NCBI GenBank assembly: GCA_943788915.1
Contig: CALSSD010000031.1
Span: 1-50,232 of the forward strand
Length of the DNA stretch: 50,232 nucleotides
Source: an uncultured Acidimicrobiales bacterium
Lineage (GTDB): Bacteria; Actinomycetota; Acidimicrobiia; Acidimicrobiales; UBA10347
Direction: 5' to 3'
The notes beneath the pieces are model-generated. The model searched no databases and was not told the origin of the DNA. It worked only from the letters and a program-made list of their open reading frames with translations. Within the stretch, counting starts at the first letter, position 1. Each line of letters opens with the position of its first letter. Made by a program: the position numbers and the translations under genes. Of the stretch, positions 9,962 through 20,342 are shown piece after piece.

Positions 9962-9974
9962 CGCCACAAACCGC

Positions 9975-10028
9975 AAGCAGAACCGATGGGTGATGTTCTG
10001 CTTGTTCCAGTTGTTCCGTTGTTTCCGG
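9975..10028. repeat. Iteron-like TGTTC(C/T) repeats with 9-bp period plus inverted copy; candidate origin
   Basis: TGTTCTGCT/TGTTCCAGT/TGTTCCGTT at 9994, 10003, 10012; AAGCAGAAC (9975) inverted to GTTCTGCTT (9995). Confidence 0.55.
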
Positions 10029-10140
10029 ATAGGTCGACCTAGTCGCGATTGCTGTGGTCCATCGCTCTTGGGCGTAGGACCGTCCTGGCTTCGGCGGCAT
10101 CCGAACTCCTACTGCCTTGAACATCTTGATTTCCGAGCTA

Positions 10141-10180
10141 TTAGCGTTACCGCTAAGCAAACTAAGTAAACTAAGTAAAC
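10141..10180. promoter_or_regulatory. Palindrome plus three 9-bp direct repeats upstream of the RHH-int operon; candidate operator
   Basis: TTAGCG-TTAC-CGCTAA overlapping CTAAGCAAA CTAAGTAAA CTAAGTAAA (10153-10179). Confidence 0.6.
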
Positions 10181-10216
10181 CCGGCACTTACCTGGAAGGT
10201 GAATACAGTGCAGACC

Positions 10217-10363
10217 GTGGCCCGCATACATTACGAGATCCCAGATGATCTTCACCGCGAGGTGAAGGCCAGAGCTGCGATCGAGGGCAAGACACTGAAG
10301 CAGTACCTGATCGACGCGCTCTCGGTTTCTGTTGGCCACACACCTGACCCTGAAGAGCAATGA
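10217..10363 (+). CDS. 48-aa ribbon-helix-helix (ParG/Arc/CopG-like) protein, absent from the ORF track
   Basis: MARIHYEIPDDLHREVKARAAIEGKTLKQYLIDALS...; TACAGT -10 box 7 nt upstream; ATGA overlap with integrase. Confidence 0.8.
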   Translation: MARIHYEIPDDLHREVKARAAIEGKTLKQYLIDALSVSVGHTPDPEEQ

Positions 10364-11526
10364 GTCGCCCGCGTAGCGCGGGCTCGATCTACTACGAAGA
10401 GGGTCGAGACCGCTGGGTCGCCGTAGTCGAACTTGGACGAGACGAGAACGGCAAGCGACGTAGGCGCAGGCTTACAGGTTCGACGCGCCGAGATGTGGAG
10501 CAACGGCTCAAGGAAGAGACCGCCAAGCGCGATTCCGGCCTAAACATTGCCGGAGGGCAGACCAAGCTCTCAGACTGGCTCGACAAGTGGGTGAACGACA
10601 TCCTGCCAGCGGGGCAGAAGCAGCGGTCGACAAACACGATCGACAACCACCAACTGCTCGTACGCAAGCACCTAAAACCAGCTCTCGGGCATCTGCGCCT
10701 GGACGAGCTGACAACAGAGGACATCGAGGACCTTCTGCGGGTCAAAGCCGAGGCTGGCATGGCAAAAGGGACATTGGTGAAGCTACGCAGCACCCTGAAC
10801 CTGGTACTGACGCAGGCAGAGCGACGTCGCTACGTGATAACGAACGTCGCTCAATTCGCAGAGATACCACCAGCACGGACGTCGACCCGCCGATCGCTCA
10901 CCGAAGACCAAGCCGTAGCTCTGCTCGATGCCGCTCACGGCGACCCGATCGAGGCGCTAATCGTTACCGGACTGATGCTTGGCCTTCGCCCGGGGGAGCT
11001 GTTGGGGTTGACCTGGGCCGACGTCGACTTCGACGCTGAAGTGCTTCATGTTCGGCGAGCGCTTATCGATGAATACATCATCGGCGATGACGGGCGGCGC
11101 ACGCGAAGCTTCCGGCTCGGCGGGCTAAAAACGCAGAAGTCTCGACGAAGCCTTAACATGCCGCAGCGAGTCACTGAGGTGCTGCACCAGCATCAAGCCG
11201 ATCAACGCCGTATCCGGATGGCATCGAAGACGTGGGGCGATATGGATCTTGTCTTTGCTACACAGAACGGCAAGCCGATCGATAAAGGAAATCTGCGTCG
11301 GTCGCTCGGGCGCTTATGCGATAACGCTGGTATCGGCAAGTTGGTGACCTATGAGCTGCGCCACAGTGCTGCGTCACTGCTGTCGGCGGCCGGTGTTCCA
11401 CTTGAACAGATTGCGGATGTCCTGGGCCATTCCGGCACCCGCATGGTGCAAACGGTGTATCGACACCCTGTGACCTCGACGGTGTCCGCAGCGGCCGCGC
11501 CGATGGGTGAAATGTTCGGTTCCTAG
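10360..11526 (+). CDS. int: Tyrosine integrase
   Basis: GLRPGELLGL, K in LKTQKS, YELRHS, LGH, VY catalytic set; N-terminal arm-binding region; adjacent to tRNA 3' end. Confidence 0.95.
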   Translation: MSRPRSAGSIYYEEGRDRWVAVVELGRDENGKRRRRRLTGSTRRDVEQRLKEETAKRDSGLNIAGGQTKLSDWLDKWVNDILPAGQKQRSTNTIDNHQLLVRKHLKPALGHLRLDELTTEDIEDLLRVKAEAGMAKGTLVKLRSTLNLVLTQAERRRYVITNVAQFAEIPPARTSTRRSLTEDQAVALLDAAHGDPIEALIVTGLMLGLRPGELLGLTWADVDFDAEVLHVRRALIDEYIIGDDGRRTRSFRLGGLKTQKSRRSLNMPQRVTEVLHQHQADQRRIRMASKTWGDMDLVFATQNGKPIDKGNLRRSLGRLCDNAGIGKLVTYELRHSAASLLSAAGVPLEQIADVLGHSGTRMVQTVYRHPVTSTVSAAAAPMGEMFGS

Positions 11527-11571
11527 TGCCAACGCTGCAAGCTGGCGAAATGACTCGCCCGGAGCATCTTG

Positions 11572-11613
11572 GGTGAGCCATCGAGTGCAAATGGCTCACC
11601 TAATGGCTCACCT
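11572..11613. repeat. Probable integrase arm-type sites
   Basis: AATGGCTCACCT x2 (11590-11601, 11602-11613) plus inverted GGTGAGCCAT (11572-11581), between int stop and tRNA. Confidence 0.7.
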
Positions 11614-11671
11614 GCGTGCTCAAAAACGCAGAATGCGGTCCCTGCCGGAGCAAGAACCGCATAGTTACGCG

Positions 11672-11744
11672 TGGAGCTTAGGAGAATTGAACTCCTGACC
11701 TCTTCCATGCCATGGAAGCGCTCTACCAACTGAGCTAAAGCCCC
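11672..11744 (-). tRNA. tRNA-Ala(GGC), CCA not encoded
   Basis: GGGGCTTTAGCTCAGTTGGTAGAGCGCTTCCATGGCATGGAAGAGGTCAGGAGTTCAATTCTCCTAAGCTCCA; cloverleaf, G3:U70. Confidence 0.97.
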
Positions 11745-11821
11745 TCAATCGAGAGCCAAAGCGTAGCGGTAGCGGGGCCGGGAGCAACCCCTTTTAACGA
11801 GAGAGTCCTCGACGTGGACGG

Positions 11822-14207
11822 TTATTTCACGTCGACTGGCTCGGCGGGCGTTCCGGTGTCGCGTGTTGGTGGCTCATGATGGCCGCCTTCGATGTTCAAG
11901 TTGGGCAATATTCGGTCTAACCAACCCGGCAGCCACCAGTTCTTATCGCCCAGCAGTTGCATGGTTGACGGCACGAGCAACATGCGCACGATCGAAGCGT
12001 CGATCAACACCGCCGAGGCCAGACCCAGACCGAACAGCTTGATGATGCGGTCGCCCTCGAACACGAAACTGCCAAAGACCACGGCCATGATCGCTGCAGC
12101 TGCAGTGATTACTCGGGCAGTCTCTGGCCAGACCATCGGCTACAGAGTTCTCGGCGTCCCCAGTGCGTTCGTATTCCTCTTTCATCCGAGACAGGATGAA
12201 CACTTCGTAGTCCATCGATAACCCGAACAAGATGGCAAACATCATCATCGGGATGAACGGTTCGATCGGTGCTGCTTCGATGCCGAAGACACTGCCGAAC
12301 CAGCCCCATTGGAAGACCGCGACCACAATGCCGTAGGCGGCGCCAATCGACAGCATGTTCATGATGACCGCCTTGAGCGGCACCAAGATTGAGCGGAACA
12401 CGACCATGAGCAGTAGGAAGCTGAGTGTCAGCACCACACCGAAGAACAGCAGGATGCGTCCACCGAGAAAGTCGGTGAAATCGATGTTGGCGGCTGTAGC
12501 TCCGGCCACCTTTGCATCGAGACCTGCGGCGCCGGCAACGCTCGGAACGACAGTGTCCCGCAGTTCGAACACCAGGTTCTCGGTGGCTTCGTCTTGCGGC
12601 GATGTGGTCGGCTGGATCTGAATGAGCGCGGCTTGGGGGTTGTCTGGGTCATTCGGGAACGGGGGAGAGGCGAAAGCGATGCCCTCGGTCTCATTAAGCG
12701 TCGTAGAAAGGACCTTCATAACCTGGAGGTCAGCCGGGCTGTTCAACTCGGTCACCACAAGTAACGGTCCGTTGGCGCCGGCGCCGAACCCTTCGCTGAT
12801 CAGGTCATATGCATGGCGAGTGGTCGTTTCTTCCTGGTAGTTGCCTTCGTCCGAGAAGCCGAGCCGCAGACTGAAGAGCGGTAGCGAGAGCACCACAAGT
12901 AGCGTGGTTGCGCCGATGGCGTACAGCCATGGCCGGGCCTGGATCGTGCGGCTCCAGCGATACCAGATGGTTTCGCGAGGCGGGACTTCCTTGCGAGGAG
13001 GGAGTTCAGTACGTAGTGCCCCGACCCGGACAAATGGCAGGTACGCCGCAAGCAGAATGATGACCGTAAGACCTGCGGCCATGGCCAATGGCACTGGACC
13101 GAGACCAAGGCCGAGGAACAGCAGGCCGAGGGCGATAAGAACGGCCCCAGCCATGCCGGCACGGCGGGTGATGTTGACCCGTTCCTGGACGATGCCCAGC
13201 ATCGCTGGCAACAAGGTCACCGATGACATCACCACGATGGAAACCGTGAGTGCAGCGCCGACGCCGAGTCCAGTGATGAACGCCAGCCCAATGAGCAATA
13301 GGCCGAGTAACGAGACCACAACCGTTGCACCCGCGAAGATCACCGACCGGCCAGCGGTATCGAGTGCGACGATGGTTGCACTCTCGGGATCGAAGCCCTC
13401 ACGTAGAGCCTCGCGATATCGGGTGACGATAAACAGCGCGTAGTCAATGCCGACACCAAGACCGATCATCAAACCAATCGTGGTCGCGAAGTCGGGCACA
13501 GACATCAGATGCGAAACAAGGCCGATGGAGATGGCGCCGATGCCGACGCCAATCAGGGCGACCCCAATCGTGGTGCCCATGGCAATAACCGACCCCATGG
13601 CGACGATCAAGATGACCACGGCAAATGCAATACCGAGCAGCTCAGATTCTGGCGGCTCGAACGCTCCCAAGATGGCGCCGCCGACCTCAACACGGACACC
13701 TTCGATATCGACGGCGCCACTTTCGTCGACCAGGTCGCGGATGTGCACACCCATCTCGGCTGCAACGGTCTGGTCAACGTCGGCGCTGATACTGAGACGG
13801 GCCATGGCTATTTCGCCGGCCCGTTCCGACGTAGCTGGTGCTATGAGTTGTTCTCCGCCGGGTTCATACGGGGACTGCAGCACGATGCCATCGAGCGAGC
13901 CACCAGGTTGGGCGTCAGTCCGCACCTGGTCGAATAGGCCGGTCAGGCTGGACTGCACCACTGGATCATCGACGCCCTGGGGTGCCTCGAAGACGATCGA
14001 GCCGGCTTGGCCTCCGCCTAGTCCGCCGAAGTATTCGTCGAGGATCAGGCTGCCGTCACGAGACTCGGAGTCAGGGATACTGAAGCTGCCGTCGTAGGCC
14101 GTGCCGATCGCGCCAGCGATGCCGATCGACAAAATCAGCAGAGCGACCCAACCGCCAATGACTTGCCACGGATGGTGGAAACACCATCGGGCTGTACGTG
14201 CATACAT
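11822..14207 (-). CDS. MMPL family (RND) transporter; apparent frameshift near 12125
   Basis: GLGVGIDYALFIVTRYRE, FGLSMDYEVF, NWWLPGWLDR; RBS GGAGG; C-terminus continues in ORF 11822-12136. Confidence 0.92.
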
Positions 14208-14250
14208 CTGGCCTCCAATAGCCTGAGATGGCGCGGTTTGCGACCGGCTG

Positions 14251-14277
14251 GTAACGCTACTGGCCACGTAGCGTTAC
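14251..14277. promoter_or_regulatory. Perfect inverted repeat, probable TetR operator
   Basis: GTAACGCTAC-N7-GTAGCGTTAC between divergent mmpL and tetR. Confidence 0.7.
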
Positions 14278-14436
14278 TCTGACATGTTGGCAGCCATCAG
14301 TCCAGGGATTGCGACATGTGTCACCCAGAGTTGCCCCCGAGCGTTCTGTTTGCAGGCCAACATGTCTTGATCGTTCATAAACCGTCAGTCGTTGCGGTGC
14401 ACACGATTCGCTGAATTTCGCTACGATTGTGTATCC

Positions 14437-14997
14437 ATGGCAAGGCCTCGCAGTGAAGAAGCACACCAGAAGGTAATGGCTGCTGCCGTCGCAGTGGTGG
14501 CCGAGGCAGGCGTATCGGGGTTTACCGTCGATGCGGTCGCGAAAGTGTCGGGCGTAGCCAAGACCACGATTTATCGCCGTTGGAGCTCAGGCGATGAGCT
14601 CCTCATGGAAGCGCTCGAATGCAGCATCGAACATCTGGCCACTCCCAATACTGGTTCGTTGCGCACCGACTTGGTCGAGCTGTACGCGGCCATCATGGCC
14701 ATGTTCGAGCAGCCACATGTATTCAGCACCATGCTCGGTGCACTCGCACGCGCCGCCGGGGATCCCGACTTTCACCGGTTGATCCAGGAACTTGAGAACG
14801 AACGGCATAAGCCGCTGCAGACGATATTGCAGCTAGCTCAAGCCCGGGGCGAGGTTTCTCCCGACGCCGACTTGGAACTGATGATGGAATTCGCCGAGGG
14901 GCCAATCGCGGCCCGAAAGATCATGAAGCTCAGCCAGTTCGAGTCAGGCGAAATCGAGAAGATGGTCGACATGGTGGTTGCCGGCCTCACTGCCTGA
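14437..14997 (+). CDS. TetR/AcrR family regulator
   Basis: MARPRSEEA ... TVDAVAKVSGVAKTTIYRRW; PNTGSLRTDL. Confidence 0.93.
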   Translation: MARPRSEEAHQKVMAAAVAVVAEAGVSGFTVDAVAKVSGVAKTTIYRRWSSGDELLMEALECSIEHLATPNTGSLRTDLVELYAAIMAMFEQPHVFSTMLGALARAAGDPDFHRLIQELENERHKPLQTILQLAQARGEVSPDADLELMMEFAEGPIAARKIMKLSQFESGEIEKMVDMVVAGLTA

Positions 14998-15137
14998 CGG
15001 CGTTTCCGCTCGCCTCCGGCTGCTCCTGGCATTCGCCAGACCGGAAGAGGGTCGTGCTTGCTGGGTTGACTCTGTGGCCGCCCGACTTCGGCTGCTCCAG
15101 AAACCCGCATCGGCCATATCCGACGCGTTTGATTTTC

Positions 15138-15562
15138 CTAGTCGCCGGCGGTCGTGTCGTCGGTGGTGGTTGGCGATTCCGCCTCGGGTTCCTCGTTCAA
15201 ACCACCAGCAAATGCGAGCGCCTGAGCCAGACCGGTTGCCCGGTTGTAGAGAACCTCGAAGTACAGCTCGGGCGCCGAGTTCTTGCCAGGAATCGGCGCC
15301 TTGCCCAGCGACCTGATGACCGCCGTCGGGTCCTTCGAATGAAGCTGATAATCGTTGCGGATTGGCAACGACGTTGGGTCGCCCCAGTACTTGACCGGAT
15401 CAAGTTTCGGCTTCTTGCGGCTCTTCTTACGCTTGCGGCTGTTGCTGCCGGCCTGGTTGTTGCCGCCACCTTGGTTGTTGGAATTGCCTTGGTTGCCGCC
15501 ACTCTGGTTGTTGGAGCTGCCTTGGTTGCCGCCTCCAGAACGGTTGTGTTACCGCGACTCAT
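15138..15562 (-). CDS. Hypothetical protein with Gly/Asn/Gln low-complexity N-terminus; apparent frameshift near 15545
   Basis: After one shift reads SGGGNQGSSNNQSGGNQGNSNNQGGGNNQ-RKRKKSRKK-DPVKYWG and joins ORF 15138-15368; ATGA coupling to SNF2 stop. Confidence 0.65.
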
Positions 15563-18500
15563 GCTGAGGCTCCTGCTAGTTCGGGTGCCGGATCGGCGTC
15601 AGGGTTTGGCTCGCCTGCGTCGTCGGGATCCTCGGGTAGTTCTTCGTAGTCGAGCAACATCTCGGGATCGAGCCCCAGTGCAGCTTGCAGCTGAGCGCTA
15701 TCGAGGTCGCCGACCGAACTCGACTTGGGCAGCACGATGTTCGCAATCTCCCGTTTGCCCTGACACGACCTCTTCGACTCGTTCGTCGATTGTGCCCGGG
15801 CAGATAAGTCGATGGCAGATCACTGTTTTGGTCTGGCCGATACGCCACACCCGGTCTCGAGCCTGATCCTCGACGGCCGGATTCCACCACCGGTCATACA
15901 ACACCACATGACTCGCTGCAGTCAGGTTGAGGCCAGTACCGCCAGCCTTGAGCGACAGCACGAGTACACCGGGGCCTTCTCGGCTCTGGAAACTCTTCGA
16001 CCATACGATCGCGGGCGCCACGAGACAAGCCGCCGTGATAACAGTTGACTTCGGTGCCGGTACGTTCGGTCAAGTAACCAGCAAGGCGTTCGCCCCACGA
16101 AGCGAAGTGGGTGAACACCAGCATGCGTTCGTCGGCAGCGAAGACCGTCTCGACGATTTCGTTCAACCGGGCGAGTTTGCCCGAACGACCATGGATCTCG
16201 AGGTTCTCATCGTCGCTGTTGTAGTTGAGCGGATGGTTGCAGATCTGCTTGAGCGCAGTAATCGCAGCGAGGACCGCTCCCTTGCGGCTCGGCGACCCGA
16301 CGTCGGCCGCTGCTGTTTCGGCGCTCAAGTCGTTGATCACCGCCTGGTACAGGCCGATCTGCTCGGGCGTCATTGCGCAGTGGTCGAGCTCATCGATGCG
16401 GTCAGGGAGTTCAGCGGCAATGTCTGGTTCCGACTTGGTGCGGCGGTACACCAGGATCCCGTTGAGCGCCGCAAGCGCGCCTTCGTTACTCTCTTTCGTC
16501 TTCTTGGCGGGGCTGAGTTGGGCGATGAACTGCGCCCGGGGGCCGAGCAGTCCAGGATTGGACCAGTCGAGGATTGACCACAGATCGCCCAGGCCGTTTT
16601 CAATCGGCGTGCCGGTTAAAGCAAGGCGGGTATGAGCATTGATACGACGGAGCTGACGGCTGGTTTCTGCGGCAGGGTTCTTGATGGCCTGGGCTTCGTC
16701 GATGACGGCCTTGCCGAAGTGAACCTTTTCGAGCAGATCGATATCCCGTACTGCCGTGCCATAGGTAGTGATGACGATATCGGTCTCGTCGACGGCTTTC
16801 AGGAAGTCCTTGCCTTTGCGACGATTCTGGCCGTGATGGACGAGCACCTTCAGGTGGGGCATGAACTTTCTGGCTTCCGAAGCCCAGTTGCCGACGACCG
16901 CCGGCGGGGCGATCACCAGGCCGGGGCCGTGAACCCGAGACGGGCCAAGCGATGCCAACGTGGTCGGCGTCTTGCCAAGGCCCATGTCAAGCGCCAGGCA
17001 GCCGCCCAAACCGGCTTCGACCAGGAAGTTGAGCCAGGCATGGGCATCGGCCTGGTAGGAACGCAGTTCGCCCTGGAAACCCTCGGGTGTGACCTCGGGT
17101 TCTTCGGGAAGCGTGTTCAAGCTGCGCAACAAGTCGGCGGCCCAGCCTTGGCCTGCAATCGACATCTGACCGCCGAAGGGATTGCCTTCGAGGCCAAGCG
17201 CATGACGCAACATCTCCGCGCCGCTCATCTTGGTCTTGTCAGATCGGTCCGCGAGTGCTTCGGCAGCAGCGGCCAGATCAACCTTGTCGAGTTCGATCCA
17301 TTCGCCCTGTGACTTGATCATGGGTCGAGCTTCGGAGGCGAGTTGGGCGATCTCTGCCGCGGTCAGTTCGACATCGCCAAACACGGCCGACCATCGAACA
17401 TCGGCGAGTTGTTGGGCACCTACGACGGTTTCGCTGGACTCGGTGGTCAGGCGCAGCGTTGGGGTGGTCTTCTTCCGGTTCAACGCCGGAACTGCGACGT
17501 CGAATCCGGCATTAACCAGCGAGTCGCCCATGTCGGACATGAGCTGCCACGCTTCGTCTTGGCTCAGAATGACTTCGCCGCGTCGCCGTCCGCCCGGGCG
17601 CAACAGCGCGGGGAACAGGCGCTCAAGACGCTGAATTTGGCGGTTGAAGGTTTTGGACTTGGTCTGGCTTGCAGTGGCCATTGCGACCTCGACGGGTTCA
17701 AGTCCGCTTCGACCGCCGGGGGCCAGCACCTCGGCCAACCAGGCATCGTCTTCGTCGGGCGGATTGAGCTTGACGAGCAAGCGGGTGTTGGCCGTACCGC
17801 TGACAGACTGCGCCCACCGGCCCATGCGCTGCACGATGTCATTGCCGATACCCGTGGGTGCCTGGAAGGCTGATCCATCGAGCCGACACAAAATGGTTTC
17901 GCCAACGTCGTTCTTGGTGCTGGGACGTTCGGGAGCGGCAGGAACTTCGATCTGCAGCGCGGCAATGCGGGTGATTGCATCGGTCAGATCGGCCACCACG
18001 GCGCCTGCGAACTCTTTGCGGTCTTTGCGGTCAGACACAGCCATCGCAGCGCCAGGCGCAGCGTCGGCAAGTGCGTCGAGCTTGTCACGGTCCATGACCG
18101 AGGCCGCCCATCGCACGTGATAGGTGCCGAGGCCGCCTTTGCCTGATCGTCGTCCGCCCCGGAATTGTTCGAGCTGAGGAACCATGCGGCCCTGGGCCAC
18201 GAGTTCTACTGCGAAGGCGGCGGCGAGTCCGAACCACCGGGCGCTCGTGCCCAGTGTGTCGTCGTCGAGTGAGACATTACCGAGGCCCAGAATCCAGCCG
18301 AGAGCGCTGGTGAGTGGGGAGGCGAGCGAGACGGCTTCTGACCTACCCGCGATATCGACGGGATCATTCTCGAGCCAGGAAATGGCCGTGCCGTCGTGCG
18401 CGTCGAGCATTGCCTGCAGGGCTTCGATGTCAGCAGGTTCAGCCTTGTGGCCACCTGCCCACGCGATGATCTGGCCGGTACTCCACGAAAGTTGTAATTG

Positions 18501-18818
18501 CGCCGTGCCAATAACCACAGCATCAGGATCAGGTCCGCTGACGACCACTGGACCGTTCAAATCGCTGATCAGTTCGTCGATGTGATCACATTGGTCTTCG
18601 AGATCGTTGAGCACAGAAGCGCGCTCGGGGCCCCGCACGTCTTGGCGGGCTTTCTCGAGTGCGTAGTCGGCCTGTTCCAGCAGACGCCACAGGCTGTCAC
18701 TCCACAGAGCATGGTTCGCTTCGAGGAAGTCGGCTTCCTCGTCGGAGGCCCGATCGTCGAGATAGTTCTGCACGATGCGATCGAGTTCGGCTCGACTCAT
18801 CGTTGACGCTGAAGTCAT
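15559..18818 (-). CDS. SNF2-family helicase; apparent frameshifts near 15990 and 15755
   Basis: [53 protein letters not shown]. Confidence 0.93.
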
Positions 18819-19251
18819 GTAGTAAATGTTCTCCCTGGCATGTCCAAGGCAACGGCCTATGCATGCACAAGCCGGTCAGCACGTGTGTGCAACCGGTCTG
18901 GTTGGTTCGCAGACAAGAATTCGGAGCTAGGGATCGCATCGTGAACAGAACGCTCTGAACTGCCCACCGTCGTATGCCACAGCTCGCTGTGCCTATCCGC
19001 AGCCAGAACTCTAGGCGGGCAAGTGGCGTCTACAAACTCAGGCGGCCAATGAAATGCTGGTGACTTACTGCACAAGGGGACTGTTTGGGTGCCGATTCCA
19101 CGTTATGAGGGAAGGCGCTGAGTGTCGTTGACCAGTTGCGTGGGGACTCGTCCTGGAGACGCCCACCTCGCACGGTGTCAGATACACATAGCCGTAGGAG
19201 CGCGCGGTTTGTGCCAGCTGTTGTGTCTGCCAGATGTGCACCAGCGGGCTG

Positions 19252-20271
19252 TCAGCCTGCTTTGAGGTCGCTGATGACGCCGCTCCACAACTCGGGGTTA
19301 CCTGCATACGGGGCGTAGAAGCTGATGCGGTCGACGAGATTGCCATAGCGGCTCAGCAAGCCTTCGGCGATGCCTTGTGGTTCCGCAACGACAGCGAAGG
19401 CGTCGAGCATGTCGGCATCAATCAGGTCAGCCATAGCATCCCATTTACCAGCCTTGGACATGCGATTCAGCTCAATTTGGGCATCGCCCCAGCCGTGATG
19501 ATCGAGCACTCCCTTGTATGCCGGTGTCGAACCGTAAAACGCGATCTGCTTGCGGGTCGCAAAACTCGCCGCAGCCATTTCTTCTTCGGTCTCGCCGGTC
19601 ACGATGAACGCTGGCAGTGAGATCTCAACTTCGCTGGTGTCACGTCCGGCCAACGTCACACCCTCGTGTAGCGCAGGGATGCTGACGTCTTCGAGATAGG
19701 AAGCAGTAGTGAAACCATGGCTGATCCAGCCGTCGCATACTTCGCCAGCGACACGAGTCATGTAGGGCCCAACTGCGGCCAGGAACACCTTGGGTTTGCC
19801 GGTTTCGAGTGGTTCAGGGCTGAACATGGGCGTCATCAGCGTGTGCTTATAGAAGTCACCCTCGAACGACAGGCGTTGGCTGAAGTCTGCCGCTTGCCAG
19901 TAGTCCCAGATGGCGTGCAACGCCTGCACGTATTCGCGCATGCGCGAACCAGGGCTGCTCCACTCCATGGAGAAACGTTTGGTGATGTGAGGCTTGATCT
20001 GTGAACCGAGACCCAAGATGAAGCGACCCTGGCTGAATGCCTGAAGATCCCAGGCGGTGTTGGCCACCGTCATTGGGCTGCGGGCAAAAGCAACGGCTAT
20101 CGAGGTACCGAGTTCAAGGTTCTCGGTGTGATCGGCCGCTACTGCAAGTGGCAGGAACGGATCATGCGAGGTCTCGGCGGTGAATGCACCGCTATAACCA
20201 GCTGCTTCTGCCTCGCGGGCGCTTTCTGCTGCATTGGCGAGCACAAAGCTGATGCCACCGTCGATCTTCAT
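19252..20271 (-). CDS. LLM-class F420-dependent oxidoreductase
   Basis: AETSHDPFLPL, AFARSPM, LGLGSQIKPHITKRF, FYGSTPAY. Confidence 0.92.
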   Translation of the reverse strand: MKIDGGISFVLANAAESAREAEAAGYSGAFTAETSHDPFLPLAVAADHTENLELGTSIAVAFARSPMTVANTAWDLQAFSQGRFILGLGSQIKPHITKRFSMEWSSPGSRMREYVQALHAIWDYWQAADFSQRLSFEGDFYKHTLMTPMFSPEPLETGKPKVFLAAVGPYMTRVAGEVCDGWISHGFTTASYLEDVSIPALHEGVTLAGRDTSEVEISLPAFIVTGETEEEMAAASFATRKQIAFYGSTPAYKGVLDHHGWGDAQIELNRMSKAGKWDAMADLIDADMLDAFAVVAEPQGIAEGLLSRYGNLVDRISFYAPYAGNPELWSGVISDLKAG

Positions 20272-20342
20272 TCAGGTACTCCTTGGTTGTGCTGGGATAG
20301 CTGTGTTGACATGGTTGCGGGACCGTGCAGGCCCTGCCGAGT

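Larger units (their letters stand above)
7327..11700. mobile_element. Core of integrative element at tRNA-Ala(GGC); cargo probably extends left beyond the window
   Basis: int, xis, DUF3631, arm-type repeats, tRNA; no second copy of the tRNA 3' end seen in 1-11670. Confidence 0.85.

Noticed and set aside
1..11670. Distal att copy of the tRNA-Ala 3' end
   Set aside because: Only 7-8-nt matches seen (e.g. near 3601 and 10103); not significant
18819..19251. Riboswitch or SOS box upstream of SNF2
   Set aside because: No recognisable aptamer or TCGAAC-N4-GTTCGA by eye; an Rfam scan would be needed to exclude it
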